Below, piece by piece: positions 1 through 8,652 of a stretch of 64,000 nt of DNA. The DNA is from Bdellovibrionota bacterium (GTDB lineage Bacteria; Bdellovibrionota_C; UBA2361; CAKMMH01): positions 192,001 through 256,000 of the forward strand of contig JBMNLI010000017.1 in the NCBI GenBank assembly GCA_050952645.1, written 5' to 3'. The notes under the pieces are model-generated. The model searched no databases, was not told the origin of the DNA, and saw nothing but the letters and a program-made list of their open reading frames with translations. A program made the position numbers and the translations under genes. Position 1 is the stretch's first letter. Each line of letters starts with the position of its first letter.

Positions 1-1
1 C

Positions 2-196
2 TCAAAATCTAAAGGCATTACTTATTTTCTGATACCCTTTACGGCTGGAACTTTTATTTACATTAGTGCCGTTGACCTTTTACCCGAGATTAAATCTTCG
101 AGTAAAACGAGTGAAAGGTTATTGCATATATTATATTTTCTTTTAGGAATATTTTTCATATATATTTTAATGATGCACTTTCATCATAATCATTAA
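2..196 (+). CDS. ZIP-family metal transporter, C-terminal fragment (runs off window start)
   Basis: Manual translation gives ...PFTAGTFIYISAVDLLPEI... (ZIP C-terminal motif) and ends MMHFHHNH-stop (TAA 194-196). Confidence 0.8.
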   Translation, partial: SKSKGITYFLIPFTAGTFIYISAVDLLPEIKSSSKTSERLLHILYFLLGIFFIYILMMHFHHNH

Positions 197-213
197 AATA
201 GCCATTAAAATTT

Positions 214-879
214 TTAAGATACTTTTAGCAAATTAGCGTTATCTGCATTTTTTGATTCTTTATTTAATTCTACATTTATAAAATTTTGTAAAACCTCTAT
301 AGATCTTTTCCTAATTCTTGAAATGTGGCATCTAGAATATCCTAACTCTTTAGCTACCTGCATAACTTGTTGTCCTTTAAAATATATTTTTTCGATTACG
401 CTTCTTTCTATATCATCTAATTTTAAATAAGCCTCTTTACTTAATGAATACAATTCTTCTTTTAGGATATTTTCCACTGGGCTTTTACTCGAACTTCCTA
501 TCGTAGCATCGGCAATCTCACTATTAAGGGCGTCTTGCAACTTTTCTTTTGCTAATATACTATCGCTCTTGCCAATTCTATCTAAATAAGCATCTCTATC
601 TAAGCCATTAATCGTGGCACTATGCGTTATAGCCTTTATTAAGTTGCCTTTTAAATAATAATATAAGAATGTAATAAAACTCGCATTTTTACTTTCATCA
701 AATCTACTAGCAGCTTCACAAAGTGATAAATCTGAAGTAGAAATTATCTCATCATCATCTAGATAACTCCCCCATTTTTTTAAAATGCTCTTTGCCATTT
801 TTATTGCTTGTTCTCTATGATTTAAGATTAGTTTTATTTTAGCACTATCAAAATTATTATCGATAACGTTATTAAACAT
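214..879 (-). CDS. Sigma-70 family RNA polymerase sigma factor (FliA/SigB-like, regions 2 and 4)
   Basis: LCEAASRFDESKNASFITFLYYYLKG (region 2); VAKELGYSRCHISRIRKR (region 4 HTH). Confidence 0.85.
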   Translation of the reverse strand: MFNNVIDNNFDSAKIKLILNHREQAIKMAKSILKKWGSYLDDDEIISTSDLSLCEAASRFDESKNASFITFLYYYLKGNLIKAITHSATINGLDRDAYLDRIGKSDSILAKEKLQDALNSEIADATIGSSSKSPVENILKEELYSLSKEAYLKLDDIERSVIEKIYFKGQQVMQVAKELGYSRCHISRIRKRSIEVLQNFINVELNKESKNADNANLLKVS

Positions 880-1259
880 TTTTATCCTTTTAATTTTACC
901 TTTTTAATTTATCATTTTAATTTATCATTTTAATTTATCGTTTTAATATATTTATATCATCACGTTTTTTACTTTCGATAACCTTTTAGAAACCTTTTAG
1001 CAACCTCTTAGCAACTTTTACTTTTATAACTTTTACTTTAAAAAAAACGTTTACTTTATGTGTTCATACTGTAATACTAATCTTAACTTTTAAAGTTTTG
1101 CTTCTAGGAAACTAAAGTTTTCACACAATACTTTGAAAAATCAAAGGATTTCTAGCGATAGATTTTTTCAAAAATATGGCTTTATCTTTTGAAAAATTTC
1201 TATAAAGTGTTATAATCCTTTTTTGTTAGTGGAGTTCTTAAAATTTAGGAGAAACTATT

Positions 1260-1910
1260 TTGAAATTTAAAACTAATAAAAATGGCATTATAAAAAGAAA
1301 CGAGCCTAAAGTTATCGGTATTTTTATAGATGGCGTTGAGTTAGATAGAGCTACTAGAAGAGTTAATAAAAAAATCAATGTGAAAGAACTTCTAAAAACT
1401 CTATCTCTTGGAATTGTACCTACGGTGGTAAGATATTATACACTTATTCCATATGAAGACGATTCTAGACACCGTGCTTATTTAGATGCCGTAGAAGATG
1501 CAGGATTTCAAGTAGTAGTAAAGAGGTTGCCTCCTAAGGGTGTAAATCGCCAAGTGTTAGTCGACACTGAAATGGCTTCAGATATTGTAGCATTTGCGTT
1601 TGGTTATAATAACTTTTCTTTGATAAACGATTTAGATGCTAAAGGTGAGCTTATAAGAAATCTTACTTTAGATAATAAATTAGATAACAAATTAAATAAT
1701 AAAAATGCTTCTCTAACAGACTCATCAGTTAAAAAAGTAATAAATCTTGTATGTCCTAGTAAAGAGCTAACTTACGCCATTTCGCTTGCTAACACTCAAA
1801 ACACTGAAACTATAACGGCAGATTTTGGAAAAATAAAAGCCAATCAAGATATTTTAAAATCAGCTTCTAAGTGGATCGATTTGTCAGATTCTGAAACTAT
1901 TTGGAGATAA
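1260..1910 (+). CDS. NYN/LabA-like (PIN-fold) domain protein
   Basis: IFIDG..., VRYY, VDTEMASD motifs typical of NYN domains; directly upstream of dnaB. Confidence 0.65.
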   Translation: MKFKTNKNGIIKRNEPKVIGIFIDGVELDRATRRVNKKINVKELLKTLSLGIVPTVVRYYTLIPYEDDSRHRAYLDAVEDAGFQVVVKRLPPKGVNRQVLVDTEMASDIVAFAFGYNNFSLINDLDAKGELIRNLTLDNKLDNKLNNKNASLTDSSVKKVINLVCPSKELTYAISLANTQNTETITADFGKIKANQDILKSASKWIDLSDSETIWR

Positions 1911-1919
1911 TTAAAAGTA

Positions 1920-3383
1920 ATGAATGTAGCTAGACAAGACGAATTTACCAACTCTAAAAAAAGTAAGTTTACGGAGTCTAGTAAACAACAAGTTAGCTCT
2001 AATCTAGTTAGAGTTCCGCCCCATTCCTATGAAGCAGAAGAGTCGGTGCTAGGTGGCATCTTAGTCGACAATTTTACTATTAACGCTGCGATGGAAATTT
2101 TAAAACCATCAGATTTTTATAAAAGAGCGCACTTCAAAATTTTTGAAGCTATGATTTCTCTTACTGAGAGAAGCGAACCGATTGATGCTATTACATTAAG
2201 CGAAGAGCTTAAAAGGTATAATGTGCTAGAGGAATGTGGCGGATTAGAAATGATCTCTAGGTTAGCTTCATCAGTTCCTAGCGCTGCAAACGTTGCTTAT
2301 TATTCAGATGTAGTAAAAAACTTTTCTATTAGAAGAGCTGCTATTCATGAAGCTAGTGAGGTTATAAATAATGCGTTTGATACTGAAAAAAATTTAGATG
2401 AATTTATAGATGAAACTGAACAAAGAATTTTATCTATTGCAGATGAAAAAACTGATAAGGCTTTTACGCATATTGGTGATATAGCGCAAGACGCTTTACA
2501 ACTAGTAGAAAGGTTGTATGATAAGAAAAAATCCGTTACTGGCGTTCCGTCTGGATTTAACAAACTTGATGATTTAACGGCAGGCTTTCAAAAATCTAGT
2601 TTATTTATTTTAGCTGCTCGTCCTGGCGTTGGTAAGACTGCTTTTGCTTTAACTATCGCACAAAATGTAGCATTAAGAGAAGAATTAGCGGTGGGAATTT
2701 TTTCTTTAGAGATGTCGAAAGAAGAGCTTTTTATGAGAATGTTAAGTTCAGAGGCGAGAGTTTCAAATTCAAAATTAAAAACTGGTAAATTTCCCGAATC
2801 GGATTTTCCAAAAATAGTCAATGCCGCAAGCAGATTAACCGACGCCCCTATTTATATAGATGATACGGGGGGTTTAACTATTACGGAGCTAAAAGCTAAA
2901 GCGAGAAGATTAGCTAGAGAAAAAAAACTAGGATTGATCATAGTAGATTATTTACAACTTATGAGAAGCCCGACTTACAAATATAGTAGAGAGCAAGAGA
3001 TAGCGGATATTTCACGTTCATTAAAGGGGCTTGCTAAGGAGCTTGATATACCAGTTATAGCGATTTCACAATTAAATCGTAGCGTAGAGGGAAGAGATGA
3101 AAAGCGCCCAAGGATTGCAGACTTAAGAGAGTCGGGAGCTATTGAACAAGATGCCGACATTATAGCGTTTGTATATAGAGATGAGATGTATAACCCCGAC
3201 ACTCCAGATAAGGGCATTGCAGAAATTATTTTAGGCAAACATCGCTCAGGTCCAACTGGCACTGCAAGGGTTGCTTTTTCGGGAGAGTATACTAGGTTTG
3301 ACCCTCTAGATGAGTCTGGAATAACGGAACAATTCGAGGCTCAAGATTACGAGCAAGATGATTTTGATATAGATTCTTTTTAA
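1920..3383 (+). CDS. dnaB: Replicative DNA helicase
   Basis: PPHSYEAEESVLG, AARPGVGKT, IIVDYLQLM, DLRESGAIEQDAD. Confidence 0.98.
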   Translation: MNVARQDEFTNSKKSKFTESSKQQVSSNLVRVPPHSYEAEESVLGGILVDNFTINAAMEILKPSDFYKRAHFKIFEAMISLTERSEPIDAITLSEELKRYNVLEECGGLEMISRLASSVPSAANVAYYSDVVKNFSIRRAAIHEASEVINNAFDTEKNLDEFIDETEQRILSIADEKTDKAFTHIGDIAQDALQLVERLYDKKKSVTGVPSGFNKLDDLTAGFQKSSLFILAARPGVGKTAFALTIAQNVALREELAVGIFSLEMSKEELFMRMLSSEARVSNSKLKTGKFPESDFPKIVNAASRLTDAPIYIDDTGGLTITELKAKARRLAREKKLGLIIVDYLQLMRSPTYKYSREQEIADISRSLKGLAKELDIPVIAISQLNRSVEGRDEKRPRIADLRESGAIEQDADIIAFVYRDEMYNPDTPDKGIAEIILGKHRSGPTGTARVAFSGEYTRFDPLDESGITEQFEAQDYEQDDFDIDSF

Positions 3384-3392
3384 TTAAAATCT

Positions 3393-3589
3393 GATTCTTT
3401 ATGTTTTAAGTTAGTTTAAAAGAAAATTGACTTTAGTAAAGAACTAGCTATAGTTTAAAGAAAAATTACAACTATATTTAAAGTAATTTATTTTATGTAA
3501 ATTTCTTTAAAGTCAACTTTCTTTTTGGGCCCCGTGGAGAGCGATACTAATTCTTAAGGTCTAAAACCCACCTTAAAACGTGAAGAACT
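3393..3589. mobile_element. MITE-like repeat, subfamily A
   Basis: Right end CCCACCTTAAAACGTGAAGAACT, degenerate left end, internal inverted repeat AAAAGAAAATTGACTTT/AAAGTCAACTTTCTTTT; matches the copies at 38686, 41760 and 53047. Confidence 0.8.
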
Positions 3590-3675
3590 AAATTTTTTCT
3601 TAAATTATTCCCCCTTCCAAACTCTAACATATTGAAATAACGAAACTATTTTTAAGAAAAATTTTGAGAAAAGGT

Positions 3676-3703
3676 TTGACTAATTATTTTAAAATGATAT
3701 ACT
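3676..3703 (+). promoter_or_regulatory. Sigma70 promoter of structured RNA unit 1
   Basis: TTGACT(3676-3681)-16 bp-TATACT(3698-3703), with TG at 3695-3696 (extended -10). Confidence 0.8.
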
Positions 3704-3710
3704 TTTTCTT

Positions 3711-4395
3711 TGTGGTTGAAAGCTTCATGTCAGCTAGCCATAGGGGGTGGGGGGAGAGCGAAGATAGGCAAAGTATTTACTTGAAGAGTGAACGTTGATG
3801 CCTAAGCGTAATCGCTAGCTAAAGTAAGCTCTTAGCTTGCTTTGGCTTATTTTCTGCTCTCTCCCCTAGTTTTAAAATAAATATAACAGCAACAGTAAAA
3901 CGTAGCTTAGGCTTAAAGCTTTAAGTTATTTATGTCATGGGTAGCTAGTAGCAGGTAGCTTGTGGTTTTTGCTCATCGGAGCCACAGACAGCTACTTTCT
4001 CTCGCGGCTACGGCTATTAAGTGTGTTTTACTGTTCTTTCACTCGCTTGACACAAAAGTGTCCAAGGGCGGAGGCGTTTGATGACGACTCCAAACGCCAA
4101 CCTTTGTGAGGGCGAGTGAAGAGGGAGGGGGAATGCATTCTGCGCAAAAGAAACACTACCATGGCATTTCTTCGCGTACCCCCTCCCTCGGCTTACTTTT
4201 ATAAGGTTTTTCCTTAAGGGTTTTTATCTTAAAGAAGGTTTTCTCTTAAGGGTTAAGTCTTAAGGTTTAAAATCGCATATAATGCGAAAATTGAAGATTT
4301 CGGAGCAATGATTTTGAAACAGCTAAGTTTAAAATAACGAAGTTTAAAATAGCGAAGTTCAAAGATGACGCTTCGAAATTCTTCTCCCATATTTT
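3711..4395 (+). ncRNA. Putative large structured ncRNA, unit 1 (unknown family)
   Basis: Stems 3711-3718/3735-3742, 3749-3759/3856-3866, 3891-3901/4025-4035, 4038-4048/4110-4120, 4121-4131/4179-4189; 3' hairpin about 4293-4384 then T-rich tail; no ORF. Confidence 0.65.
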
Positions 4396-4711
4396 TATAT
4401 TTTTACTTTTTCTACTTTTTTCATCTTTATACGTATTAGTACACATCCATATATCTTAATATATCTTTTATAATTTAACCTTTATAATTTACGCCTTACT
4501 CTTAGTAATTATCCTTTTTTAAAAAATATACTTCTAAAAATTCTAACATTAGCTTTAATCCTTAAAAATTATCTAAATCTTAAACTTTTCCTTGTTTTAC
4601 GTATAAAATTTAATTTTAACTTTATAACCTACTAAAAATAATTTAAGAAAAGCTTAAGACATAAAAGATAAAAAAATTTACAAATAATTTAAAAAAATTT
4701 TTCATAAACTA

Positions 4712-4739
4712 TTGACTTGATATCAAAAAGTGTTATATT
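4712..4739 (+). promoter_or_regulatory. Sigma70 promoter of structured RNA unit 2
   Basis: TTGACT(4712-4717)-16 bp-TATATT(4734-4739), TG at 4731-4732. Confidence 0.8.
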
Positions 4740-4745
4740 ACTTTT

Positions 4746-5511
4746 TCATTTAGTGACAACATCAGCAATATTTAATTGCTATAAGTATATAACGAAATAC
4801 GTAGCGACAAGTTGCTTTACAGAGTTCCTACTTGTTAGCTACGAGTTCCCATCACGAAAGAGGGCTAGGTCGTGCTAGTGCCACAATTGCGCGATCTTCT
4901 CCTTTGCTCTTTTTTAGAGCACTCTCTCTAGTGTGGGAAGCAAAGGTTTCGCCGAAGTGAAAGCTTGTTTCAGGCTCTTAAGTAGCGCCTGACTCTAAGA
5001 GTCTTACAAGTTTCACTTATCTTAGCATTTGCAAAGATTAGGGGGCTAGAGTTGGATAAAAAGCGAGAAATCGCACCTTCCTCCGCAGGCTCTAGCCCCC
5101 TACGGCGAAATCTTTAAATTAGATATAATAAAGGCTTAAACCCTTATAAGTCCCCCCTTAAAAGTTCGAAGAGATTCTATAGTAATCCGCCTAGGGGAGT
5201 CTATTCACTTTAAGGGTGGCAAACATAAAATCCTTGCTCTATGTTTTTGCTCTATATATCATTGCTTAGGTAAGCATTTTTTTTAGACGCACTTTTAGGA
5301 GCAAGGCAAAGGGGGGCGCAAGGAGGTTTCATCCTTTTTCCTCTGCGCGGCGCCCCCCCTCTTGGTTTATTTTTATAGCGTTTATTTTTATAGCGTTTTT
5401 TAAAAGGTTCTTCTCGTCTTAATGTTTAAAAACAATTAAGCGATGAGCAACTAAAAAAAGAGGACAACTTGTAAAGGGTTTCGGTAATTTACGAAGCCCT
5501 TTTCCTATTTT
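4746..5511 (+). ncRNA. Putative large structured ncRNA, unit 2 (unknown family)
   Basis: Hairpins 4800-4843 and 4846-4939; four-way junction closed by 4942-4954/5103-5115; stems 5232-5239/5299-5306 and 5311-5319/5350-5358; terminator-like hairpin about 5473-5511. Confidence 0.7.
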
Positions 5512-5682
5512 TAATTAAATTTTTAATTAAACTCGTTTCTTTAATCTTTTTTATTTTTCACATTTTAACCTAAACATTTTAACCTAAACTTTTCTCTTTT
5601 TACATATAAAATTTTTATTTTAATCGACAAACTCACTTAAAAAAATTAAAAAAATTACCTTGCACCCTTACTTACAAAAACA

Positions 5683-5710
5683 TTGACTACATACTCAAAA
5701 ATGTTATATT
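5683..5710 (+). promoter_or_regulatory. Sigma70 promoter of structured RNA unit 3
   Basis: TTGACT(5683-5688)-16 bp-TATATT(5705-5710), TG at 5702-5703. Confidence 0.8.
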
Positions 5711-5716
5711 CAATAT

Positions 5717-6046
5717 TATCGTTTATAGATGCCTTCCTTGCCAACTTGCAATTTAGGTATCTAGAAAAGTGCTTACATTTCACTCCCAATATGCAAACAA
5801 AAGTGAAAGAACATTACAATTAACCTTTTGGATCATTTCTAAAGCTCGTAATGACAAGTTTTTTTAATTAACCCTAAAAAAACTGCATGCACTTTTCAAT
5901 TACCCTTTAATTTTAACTAATTACTAAAGAGAGAAATTAGAAAAAGAAAAGGAAGGCTTTCCCATCTCTAAAAAGTTTTAACCTTGCACTCTTTCTTTTT
6001 TCTCTCTTAGGAGGTAAAAATAACAAAAGGCTTTTTGCTTTTTTTA
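5717..6046 (+). ncRNA. Putative structured ncRNA, unit 3 (AU-rich, unknown family)
   Basis: Stem 5726-5734/5755-5763; 5764-5772/5889-5897 enclosing three hairpins; 5927-5936/5999-6008; T-tract about 6038-6045. Confidence 0.55.
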
Positions 6047-6102
6047 TAAATAATATTTTAAAAAGTTTTTTGCAAAAAAAATAAAAATATTTTGCAAAAA
6101 AC

Positions 6103-6132
6103 TTGACTTGCTTTAAAAAAAGAGGTTAATAT
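6103..6132 (+). promoter_or_regulatory. Sigma70 promoter of structured RNA unit 4
   Basis: TTGACT(6103-6108); -10 less clear (TAATAT 6127-6132, 18-bp spacer); structure starts at 6139. Confidence 0.6.
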
Positions 6133-6138
6133 TGACCT

Positions 6139-7170
6139 TTGTTAGTTACTGAGACGTAGCTCACCCTACAATTTCTCATAGCTAACAATTTGCTCAATAC
6201 TTTAGCTAAGGAATTCCTTAAAGCTAGTGTCGAGCATGCTTTCGCCTTATAACAGAGAAATTTAGATATGCTTCTCGTTGAAACGTGTCTTCCTACAAAA
6301 TGCTACGTGCAGTAGGCATAGCAAATCTCTATAACATTTCCCTAGAGTTTGCTGTGGTTTCTTTGTTATGTTCAGGGAAGCGAGGAAGGTCGTCGAAAGT
6401 AGTTTAGCATTGGCTACTTTCTTAACCTTTACTTGCTTACCCTGAGGGCGAAAGTTAATTCTTGTTATTTTTAGTTTTGCAAACAACATTTTTTTTTAGC
6501 GTTCGCAATTAAAAATTGCAGTTAAAAAATCGCAGGTTAAAAAGTGTTATAAGGTATATTTATATTGGTGGTTTTAGCAAAGCACTATTTTAGAAAATAG
6601 CGATTATAAGGAAATAAAGAGATGCACTCTCCTTGGCTCCTACGCCCCTTTAGTTGATAAGGCTAACAAGCTGCAAGCCTTTCATTGGGGTAAAGCCTTT
6701 CACAAAATCAAAGGGGCGTAGGTGCTCTATTTGAGTTTACTCTTTTTCTTTTCTCGTTATTTACTATTATTATTGACGCCTGGCATCGATACATAAATAA
6801 TTATCTTGTCTATTATTTTAAGCGTCTTGCGTATTATTATTCGCATTTGCTAAAATACCACCTCTCGAGGCGGAGTGGAGGAACTTTTCTTTTCTAGCAT
6901 CTCTTATTTTCTACCCCTTGATGCTTAGAACCTCTTTGTGCGGGCAACGTGAATGTTTCGCACGGGCATTGCGCGTTGTGTTTCCCCACCACTCCACTCC
7001 GCCTCACTCTTTAACGCTTCTGTAAAAAAGGAAGCTATAAAGGTTCTTTAGAATGTTTTTATAGATGGTTTTTAAAAAATTATATATAATTTTTTCTATA
7101 AAAAGATTTTAAAGGTGGCAATAAAAAAGATTTAAAGGCTCGCCTTTAAAATCTTTTTCCCATTTTAATT
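6139..7170 (+). ncRNA. Putative large structured ncRNA, unit 4 (possibly two RNAs: 6139-6455 and 6567-7005)
   Basis: Hairpins 6139-6188 and 6191-6236; junction closed by 6238-6247/6446-6455; stems 6567-6581/6846-6862, 6639-6651/6710-6722 (13 bp perfect), 6867-6880/6992-7005 (14 bp perfect); terminator-like hairpin about 7123-7166. Confidence 0.7.
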
Positions 7171-7451
7171 CCTTACTTAATTATTATTTACTTAATTTTT
7201 TCTAATTTAATTTTCTCTAATTAAATTTTTTATTACATCTGTTAATTTTATTTTTTCAATTTCCCCCCTTTCTTTGCTTTCTTTTGCCTTGCTTTTATTT
7301 GCTTTTCCTTTTTTTTCCCTTAACTTTTTATATTTACTTTTTGATCCGTTTAAAACATTTCATTTTTTTATATTTCTTATGGTTGTTTTCTTTTACTTCA
7401 TTTTTTATAATAAAGTTTCAAACTTAAATTCTAAAATTTTAAAGGCTATTT

Positions 7452-8636
7452 ATGATAAGAGAAATTACTGAAAATATATATTCACTACGTGCTATAGATT
7501 GGAATGTAAGAGAATTCCATGGATACGAAACTAAAAGCGGTTCTACCTACAACTCATACTTTATAAAAGATAAGAAAAATGTGCTAATAGACTCTGTAAA
7601 ACATACATTTAAAGATACATTGTTAAATAATATATCTAGCGCGTTAGAAACTAGCAAGCTAGATTATATCGTTTGCAACCACGCAGAGCCAGACCACTCA
7701 AGTGCAATTAAGGATGTTATAAAAAAATATCCAAACGCTACTCTTATATGCAACCAAAGATGTAAAGATATTCTCTCTTTGTATTACAACACTACTGATT
7801 GGAAATTCCTAATTGTAAAAGATGGCGATACCATAAACTTAGGAGAAAATGAACTATATTTTTACGATACCCCAATGGTTCACTGGCCAGAATCTATGAT
7901 TACATACGTCCCTAATAAAAAACTCCTATTTTCCATGGATATTCTAGGACAACATTACGCCTCATCATTTATATTTGATTATGAAGAAAAAAAAGAAACT
8001 CTACTTTCTGAAGCAACGAAATATTATGCAAATATAGTTTTGCCCTACCCTAAACAAGTTTTAAATGCATTAGGAAAAATAAAAAAATTAGATGTCGAAA
8101 TAATCGCTAATAGCCACGGACTTATAATTAAAAAATATTTGCCTGAGATGCTCTCCTTATACGAAAATTTTGCTAATGGTATAAATAAAGAAAAAGCATT
8201 AGTAATTTACGATACAATGTGGGGAAGCACTGAAAATATAGCCTTTAGTTTAATAAGCGGCCTAAAAACTAATAAAGATTTAGAGATTAAAGTTTGCGAC
8301 CTAAAAACTACTCATAATACTATCGTTGCTAGCGAGGCAATAGATGCAAAATATATCTTAGTAGGCTCCCCTACCCTTAACTCAAATATCCTGCCTACGG
8401 TTGCTAGCACTCTTACTTACCTAGAGGGACTAAAACCATTAAATAAAACTTGCCTCTGCTTTGGCTCATATGGCTGGGCACCTGCATTTGCTAAGAAGAT
8501 AACCGAATATTTTGAAGCATTAAACTGGAATATATTTTCAGACCCTATAAGCGTTAAATACAAACCTACTAACGCTTTTTTAAATGATTGCTTTAATATT
8601 GGAAAAACTCTTAGCACTTATAATCAGCATCAATAA
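7452..8636 (+). CDS. fprA: Flavodiiron protein (FprA-type; metallo-beta-lactamase plus flavodoxin domains)
   Basis: GSTYNSY, NHAEPDHS, PMVHWPESM, YDTMWGST, FGSYGW. Confidence 0.92.
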   Translation: MIREITENIYSLRAIDWNVREFHGYETKSGSTYNSYFIKDKKNVLIDSVKHTFKDTLLNNISSALETSKLDYIVCNHAEPDHSSAIKDVIKKYPNATLICNQRCKDILSLYYNTTDWKFLIVKDGDTINLGENELYFYDTPMVHWPESMITYVPNKKLLFSMDILGQHYASSFIFDYEEKKETLLSEATKYYANIVLPYPKQVLNALGKIKKLDVEIIANSHGLIIKKYLPEMLSLYENFANGINKEKALVIYDTMWGSTENIAFSLISGLKTNKDLEIKVCDLKTTHNTIVASEAIDAKYILVGSPTLNSNILPTVASTLTYLEGLKPLNKTCLCFGSYGWAPAFAKKITEYFEALNWNIFSDPISVKYKPTNAFLNDCFNIGKTLSTYNQHQ

Positions 8637-8652
8637 TAAAAATGCGTTAGGA

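Noticed and set aside
6262..6489. 75-aa minus-strand ORF
   Set aside because: TTG start, no clear RBS, antisense to the structured unit, no protein-like motifs
3711..7005. CsrB/RsmZ-type sponge RNAs (fliW is in the window)
   Set aside because: No repeated GGA motifs in short hairpin loops
3700..7200. rRNA operon, tRNA cluster, tmRNA, RNase P or SRP RNA as the explanation of the ORF-free tract
   Set aside because: No universal rRNA motifs, no GTTCGA T-loop cloverleafs or CCA ends, no GAGGAAAGTCC, and no tmRNA termini seen on either strand. A very divergent 6S-like rod cannot be excluded without cmscan.
3700..7200. CRISPR array or decayed protein genes
   Set aside because: No direct repeats with regular spacers and no cas genes; no recognisable protein fragments; the GC-rich parts are explained by inverted repeats
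3400..7450. Replication origin next to dnaB
   Set aside because: No cluster of DnaA boxes seen in this tract
7274..7471. 65-aa Phe-rich ORF
   Set aside because: Translation of T-rich intergenic DNA
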